A stretch of 64,000 nucleotides of DNA from positions 3,622 through 67,621 of the forward strand of contig JAHJDH010000033.1 of NCBI GenBank assembly GCA_018812625.1. Reading direction: 5' to 3'. This DNA is from Candidatus Micrarchaeota archaeon (GTDB lineage: Archaea > Micrarchaeota > Micrarchaeia > Anstonellales > Bilamarchaeaceae). Numbering within the stretch: position 1 is the first letter of the stretch; every line of letters begins with the position of its first letter. A program made the position numbers and the translations under genes. This document shows, one piece after another, positions 29,145 through 37,662 of the stretch. The notes under the pieces are model-generated. The model did no database searches. It was not told the DNA's origin and saw only the letters and a list, made by a program, of their open reading frames with translations.

Positions 29145-29286
29145 ACCGAATTTCCTTTCTCTTTGGTCTGAGGTATTTTGAACCACAGCTTCGGCACTGT
29201 TTTACGCTTTTCTTATTCCTTGTTTTGCACCTGAGGCAAATCTGTGTTTGAGCAATTTCTAAATCAGCTTCTGGAAACTTTCCCAT
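29134..29286 (-). CDS. rpl40e: 50S ribosomal protein L40e (not in ORF track)
   Basis: Manual translation MGKFPEADLEIAQTQICLRCKTRNKKSVKQCRSCGSKYLRPKRKEIRSKK*; C4 zinc finger and LRPK; AGGTG upstream. Confidence 0.93.
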   Translation of the reverse strand: MGKFPEADLEIAQTQICLRCKTRNKKSVKQCRSCGSKYLRPKRKEIRSKK

Positions 29287-29373
29287 TGTGTACACCTAAT
29301 TAGTAGGTTGATAATTGTTATATATTGTTTTTAAACTTGCCCATTGCCATTAATTATTAGTTTTGGTGCAAAA

Positions 29374-29979
29374 ATGGAAGTAATTATACGAGGTTATCTC
29401 CCAGAAGATGGGGCTGGAATTGTCCGCATTTACAAAAATGCCCTTGAAACTTTGAGGAAAAGCAAGGGTGGAGATCATGATGATTATTCCATAGACAAAA
29501 TTCTTAGTGGATCAGATAAAAAGATATTATCTGATCTTTTTTGCAGAAATGATATTGTTCTTGTTGCTGATGCAGAGGGTATTCCAGTTGGCTTTACAAG
29601 CTTTTCAAATCGTTTGATTGACAAAATTCTCAAGAGTACTTATGGTTCCAATATCTATGTTGCCAAAGAGTTTCAAAGAGGGAAAATCGGAGTCAATGTC
29701 GGCAGAATGCTAGTTAGTGAAAGAAAGAGACTAATGAGTAAAATGAACTATCGGAAGTACTACTCATACTCAACTCCTGAATCTGTTGCATTTGGAAAGA
29801 AATGCGGAGTTAAATACTATCCAGCACACAATACATATTCATTGAACAGTTCCTTGGCACTGCACTATTATGAGTTTATATTGCGTCCAAGTTTTCTCAA
29901 TAAGATAAGAATTGAGCCTTATCTCTTTGAGCTTAGCATTTTGTTTGGGAAAGCACTTGGCAAACTTAAAGGAAGATGA
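29374..29979 (+). CDS. GNAT-family N-acetyltransferase
   Basis: VIIRGYLPEDG..IVRIY, LVADAEGIPVGF, IYVAKEFQRG..VGRML motif A. Confidence 0.7.
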   Translation: MEVIIRGYLPEDGAGIVRIYKNALETLRKSKGGDHDDYSIDKILSGSDKKILSDLFCRNDIVLVADAEGIPVGFTSFSNRLIDKILKSTYGSNIYVAKEFQRGKIGVNVGRMLVSERKRLMSKMNYRKYYSYSTPESVAFGKKCGVKYYPAHNTYSLNSSLALHYYEFILRPSFLNKIRIEPYLFELSILFGKALGKLKGR

Positions 29980-29980
29980 C

Positions 29981-31249
29981 ATGAATCCTCTTGAAGTACT
30001 CTGGCAGTTTTTTATTCTTCGATCTGAACAGTGGAAAACTCCGGATGAGCTTGAGGTGATTCAGGCAAAAAAACTCAATCAAATCCTATTATCTGCATCC
30101 AAAACAGAATTTTACAAAAATCTGCTTTCTGGCGTTTCCCTAGATAATTTCCATGGGCTTCCCTTGACCTCCAAAGAAGATATTCAAAAAAATCCCAAAT
30201 CATTTCTCAATCCTGAAATTCCAATTGCAGCATGTACCAAAACCTCAGGCTCAACTGGAACTCCGATGAGTATATCCCTGGATAATGCCTCTGTAGTTCA
30301 TGCCATTGCAATGCGCGCTCTATCTACAACTGAATTTGGTTTTGGCCCTCTTGATAAATTTGCAATTTTTGGAGTTGACAGAAAGCCTGCTCCAATTTAT
30401 CGTTCTTTTCTCGGAACTTATCAGCCTCTTTTCTTCTCAATTTTTGATGATCCATCAAAGAACTACGAATATCTTCAAAAATCAAAAGCCAACATAATCG
30501 GCTGGTATCCTTCGACAATAACAAGCCTTGCCAGAATCAATGCCGAGTCTGAGAATCCGATCAAGCTCAAGGCAGCATTCTGCGGTGGCGAGCCTTTGAC
30601 TAATGCTGCCCGTAAATTCATCTCTGATTCATTTTCCTGCGAAGTGTTTGATCACTATGGACTTGCTGAATTTTCAACAGTGGCCTTTGAATGCCCGAAG
30701 CATAATCTTCATGTCAATACAAGTTTGCTGGTTGAAATTGCAGATCAAAATGGAAAACCAATCCAAAGCGGTGTTGGGCAAGTCGTGATCACTTCTCTTC
30801 ATAACAAGGCAATGCCTCTTCTTCGCTATGCAACAGGTGATTTTGCCAGCTTTGGAACTTGTTCCTGTGGCAGAGGCTCCAAAGTACTGAAATCTGTTCA
30901 TGGCAGAAAGGATGATCTGATTGTTCTTCCAAGCGGCAGGGTCTGCTCTGCTCTTAACATCAACAGGATGGATGATCTTACATATCTCCTTGAATTCAAA
31001 ATAATTCAGGAAAAGGAGGACCTCTTTGTCTTTCATTATGTTCCAAATGGTGAAGATATTTCTGCTTCCCAGAAAAAAGAAATCACTGATCTGATACAAA
31101 AAGGATGTTTGGGCGAAACAGTCTCTGTAGAATTTGAAAAATATATTTCTCTCAAAAAAGACAAATCCGGCAAACTGAGTACAGTTGTTTCCAAGATCGT
31201 TCCAAAGGAAAATGTTGAGTATAAAATATGGAATTCTGATGATCATTAG
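29981..31249 (+). CDS. Phenylacetate-CoA ligase/CapK-like adenylate-forming enzyme
   Basis: LPLTSK, KTSGSTGTP, GGEPL, HYGLAEF, MPLLRYATGD, CSCGR, GRKDD, SGKL. Confidence 0.88.
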   Translation: MNPLEVLWQFFILRSEQWKTPDELEVIQAKKLNQILLSASKTEFYKNLLSGVSLDNFHGLPLTSKEDIQKNPKSFLNPEIPIAACTKTSGSTGTPMSISLDNASVVHAIAMRALSTTEFGFGPLDKFAIFGVDRKPAPIYRSFLGTYQPLFFSIFDDPSKNYEYLQKSKANIIGWYPSTITSLARINAESENPIKLKAAFCGGEPLTNAARKFISDSFSCEVFDHYGLAEFSTVAFECPKHNLHVNTSLLVEIADQNGKPIQSGVGQVVITSLHNKAMPLLRYATGDFASFGTCSCGRGSKVLKSVHGRKDDLIVLPSGRVCSALNINRMDDLTYLLEFKIIQEKEDLFVFHYVPNGEDISASQKKEITDLIQKGCLGETVSVEFEKYISLKKDKSGKLSTVVSKIVPKENVEYKIWNSDDH

Positions 31250-31304
31250 TGTTTTTAATTTTGTTATATTAACTCTGGTTAGACTATTTTTAATGGTGAA
31301 ATCT

Positions 31305-31796
31305 ATGGGAACAAAAGGAATTGAAATTGTTGGAATGGATGTTGGTGAGCTTATTGACATGCTCAACAAAGCTTTAGCAGATGAATGGCTTGCATATTAC
31401 CAGTACTGGGTTGGCTCTAAGGTAGTACAAGGACCAATGAGACCTCAAGTTGAAGCTGAACTTGTTGAACATGCTGAGGAAGAACTTAAGCATGCAAACA
31501 TGCTTGCAGAGAGGATAGTTCAATTGGGCGGAACTCCACTGCTTAGTCCTGATGAATGGAAAAAGAACTCAGGTTGCGGTTATGCAGCTCCAAGTGACCC
31601 TAATGTGAAAAAGATCCTTGAGCAGAACATAAAAGGCGAGCAATGCGCAATTGTTACTTATCACAAGATTCTTGAAGAAGTAAAATCAGGCAATGATCCA
31701 ATCACTTTCAATATGGTTCGAAAGATCATGGAAGATGAAGTTAAACATGAGCATGATCTACAAAGCATTCAGCAGGATATGAAAATATCCAGATAA
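31305..31796 (+). CDS. Ferritin-like Dps-like (DPSL)/bacterioferritin-related protein
   Basis: LNKALADEWLAYYQYW, EHAEEELKHA, ERIVQLGGTP, GEQCAI, DEVKHE ferroxidase motifs; GGTGA before ATG 31305. Confidence 0.9.
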   Translation: MGTKGIEIVGMDVGELIDMLNKALADEWLAYYQYWVGSKVVQGPMRPQVEAELVEHAEEELKHANMLAERIVQLGGTPLLSPDEWKKNSGCGYAAPSDPNVKKILEQNIKGEQCAIVTYHKILEEVKSGNDPITFNMVRKIMEDEVKHEHDLQSIQQDMKISR

Positions 31797-31818
31797 TTTT
31801 TTTTATTTATTTTTTAAT

Positions 31819-31902
31819 TGCAGGAAGAAGGATTCGAACCTTCGAAGGCACTAAGCCAATGGGTCCTAAACCCATCACATTTGACCGCTTTGTTATTCCT
31901 GC
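31819..31902 (-). tRNA. tRNA-Leu(TAG)
   Basis: Reverse complement GCAGGAA..ATGGG TT TAG GA CCCAT, long variable arm GGC-TTAGT-GCC, GAAGG TTCGAAT CCTTC TTCCTGC A. Confidence 0.93.
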
Positions 31903-31917
31903 ATAGGAAACTCTTCT

Positions 31918-33021
31918 TTACTTGGAATCCTTTTTATATTGTTTCTCAAGGAACTCGTGAGCCTCATCACTTCCCTCAAGGAGTTTTTCAAAAAGTTCTG
32001 AGCTGTCAAAGCTGACTTTTCCTGAGGTTTTTGCACTGAGCTCTGCAAGCGCAATTTCTCTTATCGACAGGTTTTCTGCCCTTATGTTTCTTATTCTCTC
32101 TAACTTTGCACTAAGATCTTGGCTGTTTAGTTTGTTGTCTATGTATACATTTGAATATTCACTGAACCTAAGATCTGAACTAGTCAGTCCTTCTTTTAAT
32201 TTTCCTTCAACTTTTATTGAGATGATTGCAGCAGGATCATTGATTTCTTTGATCTTGTTTTCAATCGCCTCTCTAACCTGCATTTCTGTTGCATCCTCAA
32301 ATTCCAGTTTTTCATAAAAGAATTTTCTGGAGTTTATTGGAACAAATTCTGCTTTTTTTGAAGCAGTATCATATAGATAATATCCTTTTGGTGCTGTTTC
32401 TTCTTTTCTAAGCTGTGTTATTACTGTGCTTCCAGGTATTATGAATTTTCCCCCGAGTTTTGTTGTTGTCTCATGTATGTGTCCGTTTATTATCAGGTCA
32501 AATGGCAGCCTCTCTAAAAATTCAAGGGAAATCTCTTCATCTGAGCCTACCATTAATTCCTTGATTGACTGATGAAGCATAAGGATGCTGAAAGTTCCAT
32601 CTTCTTTTTGGAAATTTTCAAGTGATTTTTTGAGTGCAGTCTCAGCATACTCTTCCGGCACACTTCCCATTCCAAAGATTTGTACTTTTTCTCCGTTTTT
32701 CTCAAATGTTGCACTGTTTCCATGAAGAAGCCTGATACTGCTGCTTGCAGCAAGAAGGTGAACTGGGTTTACCATGTCCTTTGCCCGCCTCTCATGATTT
32801 CCAAAAATAGCAAAGATCGGAATGTTTGGTTTATTGAAAATATCAACTGCCCTCTTTAGAGTTTCCAGCTTTGGAATTTTAGTATCAAAAATATCTCCAG
32901 CACAAAGCAGCAGGTCTGCCTGCTCTCCTGCCTGGTTTACAATCATCTCTGCCTGTTTGTAGGAATCCTCTTCGAATCTTGGATAGCCCAGATGATTATC
33001 TGAAAAAATAGCAATTTTCAT
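31918..33021 (-). CDS. mre11: Mre11/SbcD-family DNA repair nuclease
   Basis: SDNHLG, AGDIFD, FGNHE, MLHQ, NGHIH, IPGS metallophosphoesterase motifs. Confidence 0.88.
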   Translation of the reverse strand: MKIAIFSDNHLGYPRFEEDSYKQAEMIVNQAGEQADLLLCAGDIFDTKIPKLETLKRAVDIFNKPNIPIFAIFGNHERRAKDMVNPVHLLAASSSIRLLHGNSATFEKNGEKVQIFGMGSVPEEYAETALKKSLENFQKEDGTFSILMLHQSIKELMVGSDEEISLEFLERLPFDLIINGHIHETTTKLGGKFIIPGSTVITQLRKEETAPKGYYLYDTASKKAEFVPINSRKFFYEKLEFEDATEMQVREAIENKIKEINDPAAIISIKVEGKLKEGLTSSDLRFSEYSNVYIDNKLNSQDLSAKLERIRNIRAENLSIREIALAELSAKTSGKVSFDSSELFEKLLEGSDEAHEFLEKQYKKDSK

Positions 33022-33055
33022 AGTATATACTAATTAGAAAAGAAAAAATAAAAAA

Positions 33056-33664
33056 TCAGTTGCAATCAAATGCCCGGTCAGAAGCCAAGGTTGCTGTACA
33101 GTTTTGGTCTCCTGAGCCATCATGGCTGCAAGGTTCTGGAGTTGTATGGCAAAGCTCAAATTTTGTCGGTCCAGTATCAGCAACTTCATGAGTTATCTGC
33201 TCTCCTACTTTTAAGAATATGAACTCTGGATTTACTGGCCAGTCATTCCAATAGTATCCGAATCTTGCTGTAAGCTCGCTATTTTGTGTAAGATCAGCAA
33301 GCATTAATGAAAATCCGCTGCAATCTGCAACATCTTCAGCCTCTTCAAGTGCAAATGTGTGCCTGTTTTCATGTCCTTCCGGATATTCCTCACATAAGCT
33401 TGGGCCTGGAGTATCACTGTCTGTGCCGCTATCAGTTGTTACATCAGAATCAGTTCCTGCATCTGTTGTAGTATCAGCATCATGTCCCCCATCATGCGTT
33501 TCACTTCCATTGCCGCAATTCATTGCTCCAAACGTTACTACTGCTGCAGTGATTGTAGCAATTACTGGAATCTTTAGCTTATCAATCATCCCCTTCAGCT
33601 TTGGAAATCGTCTTTCCTTTCCTTCTTTTTCCTTTCCTTCACCAACTGTTTTTCTTATTTCCAT
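33056..33664 (-). CDS. Hypothetical membrane-anchored/secreted protein with D/T/S-rich linker and Cys-containing domain
   Basis: Basic N-terminus, hydrophobic helix, DAGTDSDVTTDSGTDSD linker, several Cys. Confidence 0.65.
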   Translation of the reverse strand: MEIRKTVGEGKEKEGKERRFPKLKGMIDKLKIPVIATITAAVVTFGAMNCGNGSETHDGGHDADTTTDAGTDSDVTTDSGTDSDTPGPSLCEEYPEGHENRHTFALEEAEDVADCSGFSLMLADLTQNSELTARFGYYWNDWPVNPEFIFLKVGEQITHEVADTGPTKFELCHTTPEPCSHDGSGDQNCTATLASDRAFDCN

Positions 33665-33797
33665 CCAAACACCCCAATATAATTATGTAAAATAGTTCTT
33701 TTAACCTTACGTTTTAACATAAATTGACATAAATAGTTCCAAACGAGATATGAATAGTTTAAAAACTAACTGTTCAAATATCACTTTACACTTTATT

Positions 33798-33973
33798 GGG
33801 CCCGTAGCTCAGCAAGAAAACTTTTGGAAAAAGTTTTATCAAAACCCAGAAGTTATCCTGAACCGGTTAGAGCGTTCGACTGATACGAGCTTTTGGAAAA
33901 AGCTCGACCAAAACTTGCTTCCTAAAAGTTCTCGGTCATCGAAAGGTCACGAGTTCAAATCTCGCCGGGCCCA
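33798..33973 (+). tRNA. tRNA-Ile(GAT) with two introns (D-loop ~33815-33863; canonical 37/38 at 33886-33937)
   Basis: Spliced: GGGCCCG TA GCTC AGCACGGTTA GAGC G TTCGA CT GAT AA TCGAA AGGTC ACGAG TTCAAAT CTCGC CGGGCCC A; full BHB at 37/38 (CTGA/TCGG central helix), relaxed BHB in D-loop (TCAG/CTGA). Confidence 0.9.
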
Positions 33974-33983
33974 TTTTCTTATT
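33961..33983 (+). repeat. attL core (tRNA 3' end)
   Basis: CTCGCCGGGCCCATTTTCTTATT, identical to 47527-47549. Confidence 0.92.
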
Positions 33984-34012
33984 TTAAGGTCCAGTGTTAC
34001 GAGTTTTGTGTT

Positions 34013-34930
34013 GTGAAAAATACGTCAGAGTTCTTACCATACACGGAACCAGTTTTGGAAGTCCAAAACACAATATCTGATTTTGGCGGTCTATGGGCCC
34101 ATCTGAAATCAGATACCAAGCCAACAAGGCGCGAAACAAAACTAATGTGGCCAGAAGCAAAATTAATTTTGGAGTTCCTGGGCCGACATCTCCCCAAACA
34201 AAGATTGATCCGTGCACTGACGGTACTGAGCGACCATCGCAAGCGCAGATTCCTGCGCAGCAGGATTCCAAAATACGGATCTTTGAACAAAGGATTCACG
34301 GAAGATGAGCTTGTAAAGTTCCTGAATTGCGTGGATGATCATAAGGCTCTGCTACTATTCACTTTTCAGGCGGTTTTGGGCCTTCGGATCAGTGAAGCAG
34401 TGCAAATTCACGTCAAAGACATCAATCTCAAAACCAGGGAACTGAAGATCCACAATGTCAAGTGCGATCGTCTTGACGTTCTGCCAATCCCCCCACAACT
34501 TTTTGAACAAACAATAAAATACATCAGCGACTGGGAGGATGAAATCGTCAGGCACGAAGGCTACCTTTTCTACAGCGAGTTCTATCCAAGAAACAACAAG
34601 ACTCCCCATATCCGTACAGACTATGCAAGAGTATACTTCACCAAAGCACTAAACAAAGCCAAGCTTGACGAAACCTACGCAATTTCAACCGGTTCACAGC
34701 CCAAGCTCATGCACCGCCTCACCACTCACAGCTTGCGTCACTATGCCATCACTAACTTCGCAAAGAAAAACAACGGAAATGTCATGCTGACAAGCAAATT
34801 CGCACGCCATAGGAAGATCAATACGACGATGGTTTATGTCTACACCCAAAAAGAAGAACTTTACAGAAGCATAGATCTACTTCAGGATGGAACATTGGAA
34901 AAAATCCGGAAACTACAAGAGATCGAATGA
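34013..34930 (+). CDS. Tyrosine recombinase/integrase
   Basis: GLRISE (R), NVK (K), HSLRH, ARH, TTMVY (Tyr); all catalytic positions present. Confidence 0.93.
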   Translation: MKNTSEFLPYTEPVLEVQNTISDFGGLWAHLKSDTKPTRRETKLMWPEAKLILEFLGRHLPKQRLIRALTVLSDHRKRRFLRSRIPKYGSLNKGFTEDELVKFLNCVDDHKALLLFTFQAVLGLRISEAVQIHVKDINLKTRELKIHNVKCDRLDVLPIPPQLFEQTIKYISDWEDEIVRHEGYLFYSEFYPRNNKTPHIRTDYARVYFTKALNKAKLDETYAISTGSQPKLMHRLTTHSLRHYAITNFAKKNNGNVMLTSKFARHRKINTTMVYVYTQKEELYRSIDLLQDGTLEKIRKLQEIE

Positions 34931-35017
34931 CTATTCTTTTCTTTCTAATAATGTCTTTAGATCTTTTTGATATGGATTCTCATTTAATACTAGAAAAGGT
35001 GAGATTGATTCAAAAGA

Positions 35018-35299
35018 TTACAGTGTGTAAATGATGCGCTTTGTTTCTGAGTCATATTTTTTGTTGACTAGCTGATTCTTTACTAATTTTTCAACAGCTT
35101 TATACGATGATCCTGAATATTTAACTAAACCTTCGCTGTTAAGTATTGAGTAAATTTCCTCATTTGTACGTGGTTTTTCTTCCAATAAGAGTAAAATTTT
35201 TAGGTGCATTCTATTTGACAATACGCAAAATTTTTTATTAAGATCCTCAAGATTGTCATAATTCAATTCAATTTGTGATAATATCATATAATCATCCAC
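35018..35299 (-). CDS. ArsR-like winged-helix transcriptional regulator
   Basis: FCVLSNRMHLKILLLLEEKPRTNEEI..SYKAVEKLVKNQLV; divergent from mcrB. Confidence 0.7.
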   Translation of the reverse strand: MDDYMILSQIELNYDNLEDLNKKFCVLSNRMHLKILLLLEEKPRTNEEIYSILNSEGLVKYSGSSYKAVEKLVKNQLVNKKYDSETKRIIYTL

Positions 35300-35380
35300 C
35301 GAGTATAATTTCCATGGAAGGAAAATTATTTCCTTTTATGGAAGAGAACTTTAATATTTTTAAATGTATATGTCTACTCC

Positions 35381-37660
35381 ATGCCCAACAATGATCTTCG
35401 TAAGAAAAAAGAGGAATTTGAACAAGATAATTTAACAATTTATAACGAAACAAAAGAAAAAGCACGAAACGAATGGACGAATTTTGATAAGAAGTTTGGG
35501 AAAGACAGTTTAACAAACTTGACATTATTGAGCTATTCTCTAGGTGATCCTGATTCTGATTCTTTTTCTAACTGGGTCGAAAAAAAGACCTCTTCTGTTG
35601 CAACGATTTCTGGTGGAAGTGCCGCAATGTTCTATGTCTGGTCTGAAAAAAAGCTCTATCCAACCAAATTTAAACAGGGAATGCTCGGGCACCATAACAC
35701 AAGGATTATTGACCGTAGTGTTGCTGAAATTGAATTTCAAAAAATCAAGAATACGATATTGAAAATTATATTGTTGGCCGAAAAAAATGATTTTAAATCA
35801 ATTGACGAATTAGATCTTCTTTCACCAGTTGTTAAGTCAAAAATATTGTACCTTTACTTCCCCGATAAGATTACTAGCATCATGGCTTCCACATACGTGG
35901 CTGAAGCATGTAAAATGATGGGCGTACTTTTTGATGATGATCATCCAATGGATTCGAATCACAGACTTTTAGCGAATATGAAAAAAAATGGAGAGTTTAA
36001 TGATTGGGATTCGCATAAAATCGGTTCTTTCCTTTTGTACTTGCTTGCCTATCGAACCCAGCCGAGCATTTTCATTGCTCCAAGACGGAGAGAACATAAA
36101 GGAGCTATAACAGAATCGACTGATGCGTTAGAAGGATATTCCTGGGTAGATGTCGAACCTTATCTAAACGATGATGAAAAACAGAAGTTAGAAGGAAGAA
36201 GTAGGTATCATATTTGGGGTAATAAAGGCGGAAGAACGCAAAAACAATGGCGAAAAATGCAAAAAGGGGATCTTATCCTTTTTTACGGCGACAACATCTT
36301 TTATGCAGCTGGAAAATTATATCATAAGACGCATAATAAGGCACTTGCTGATCATCTGTGGGACACAGATGAAGATGGGAGATCCTGGGGGTATACTTTT
36401 TTTGTTGAAAATCTAAAAACTATTTCAATCCCACTTCATCTATTGAAGCAACTTGCTCCTGAAGTTTATAGTGAGGGATTTCGACCACAACAATTCGTGG
36501 AGATGAATGAAAAATGTCTTGAAAAAATCCACCAGGAATTTGGATCAGTTGAAGGTTTCTTGGATAAGTACTCTGAGCCTCATATATTAAGAGAACTGAA
36601 AGCTCCAATAACTATTCAAGCTCCACAGAAATCAATGGAACAAGAAAATCCATGGAATATTACTCCGGAAATGTTAAATGCCGAGCTTCAGCACTTATAT
36701 TTTGATGAGCCTGATAGTTTTTTTAAAAACTTGTGTAATCTATTAAATTCTGGAAGTAATATAATTCTTGTAGGGCCTCCGGGAACTGGTAAAACCGAAG
36801 TGGCCCTAGCCGTTTCTAAGCTGGCTAAAAAATATGTGCTAGGAAAAGACGGAATATGTCATGTCTTTTCAACTGCAACTTCTGATTGGACAACTTTTGA
36901 TACGATCGGCGGTTATATGCCGACAAAAAGTAATGAGTTAGAGTTCAAAGAAGGACAGTTTCTTAGGGCAATTCGCGATGACAAAATTCTAGTAATCGAT
37001 GAAATAAACAGGGCAGAAATAGACAAGGCATTTGGACAATTGTTTACTGTACTTTCCGGACAAAGCGTTGAGCTGCAGTTTTTAGATGCTAACAATCTGC
37101 CAATAAAATTAGAATCATCCAAAGAAATCCTAAATAGTTTCAAAAAAGATAATAAATACATCATTGGCTCAAATTGGCGCATCCTTGCTACAATGAACAC
37201 CTTGGATAAAGCTGCTCTTTATCAGATGTCATATGCATTCATGAGAAGGTTTGCATTCGTCCATGTTGATGTCCCGATTAATAAATCTGAATGTCTGAAA
37301 ACAATCAACCGGCAAGACAATTATGATATGGATGATGCACTAATACAAAAAATTGGTATTCTGTGGGATTCAATAAGCAAATCCGAACAGGGAAAAGAAA
37401 ACCCAAGACAAATAGGTCCGGCTGTTTTTTCAAGCATTATCAAACTCGTAAAGAATAGCAATGTAGATCCTGCCGACGAAGATAAGCTGGATAAAATATT
37501 AGCCAGTGCAATAATCGCATTTGTCCTGCCACAATTCGAAGGTGCCACTGTCGAAACTGAACTGAAGCCATTGGCAAAGTCCCTTAAAAAATATGAGAAA
37601 CACCTAGCGAGGTTTTTTGAGGAAATGTTTGGAGAAGATTTTGGAAATCTTACGAGGTAG
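35381..37660 (+). CDS. mcrB: McrB-like AAA+ GTPase with N-terminal and EVE/PUA-like recognition domains
   Basis: GPPGTGKT, LVIDEINRA, TMNTLD (McrB NxxD), MRRF; central WG..W..MQKGDLILFY segment. Confidence 0.88.
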   Translation: MPNNDLRKKKEEFEQDNLTIYNETKEKARNEWTNFDKKFGKDSLTNLTLLSYSLGDPDSDSFSNWVEKKTSSVATISGGSAAMFYVWSEKKLYPTKFKQGMLGHHNTRIIDRSVAEIEFQKIKNTILKIILLAEKNDFKSIDELDLLSPVVKSKILYLYFPDKITSIMASTYVAEACKMMGVLFDDDHPMDSNHRLLANMKKNGEFNDWDSHKIGSFLLYLLAYRTQPSIFIAPRRREHKGAITESTDALEGYSWVDVEPYLNDDEKQKLEGRSRYHIWGNKGGRTQKQWRKMQKGDLILFYGDNIFYAAGKLYHKTHNKALADHLWDTDEDGRSWGYTFFVENLKTISIPLHLLKQLAPEVYSEGFRPQQFVEMNEKCLEKIHQEFGSVEGFLDKYSEPHILRELKAPITIQAPQKSMEQENPWNITPEMLNAELQHLYFDEPDSFFKNLCNLLNSGSNIILVGPPGTGKTEVALAVSKLAKKYVLGKDGICHVFSTATSDWTTFDTIGGYMPTKSNELEFKEGQFLRAIRDDKILVIDEINRAEIDKAFGQLFTVLSGQSVELQFLDANNLPIKLESSKEILNSFKKDNKYIIGSNWRILATMNTLDKAALYQMSYAFMRRFAFVHVDVPINKSECLKTINRQDNYDMDDALIQKIGILWDSISKSEQGKENPRQIGPAVFSSIIKLVKNSNVDPADEDKLDKILASAIIAFVLPQFEGATVETELKPLAKSLKKYEKHLARFFEEMFGEDFGNLTR

Positions 37661-37662
37661 TA

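Noticed and set aside
33750..34016. 88-aa ORF, and likewise the 65-aa ORF at 31818-32015
   Set aside because: Both overlap tRNA genes and are shadow ORFs.
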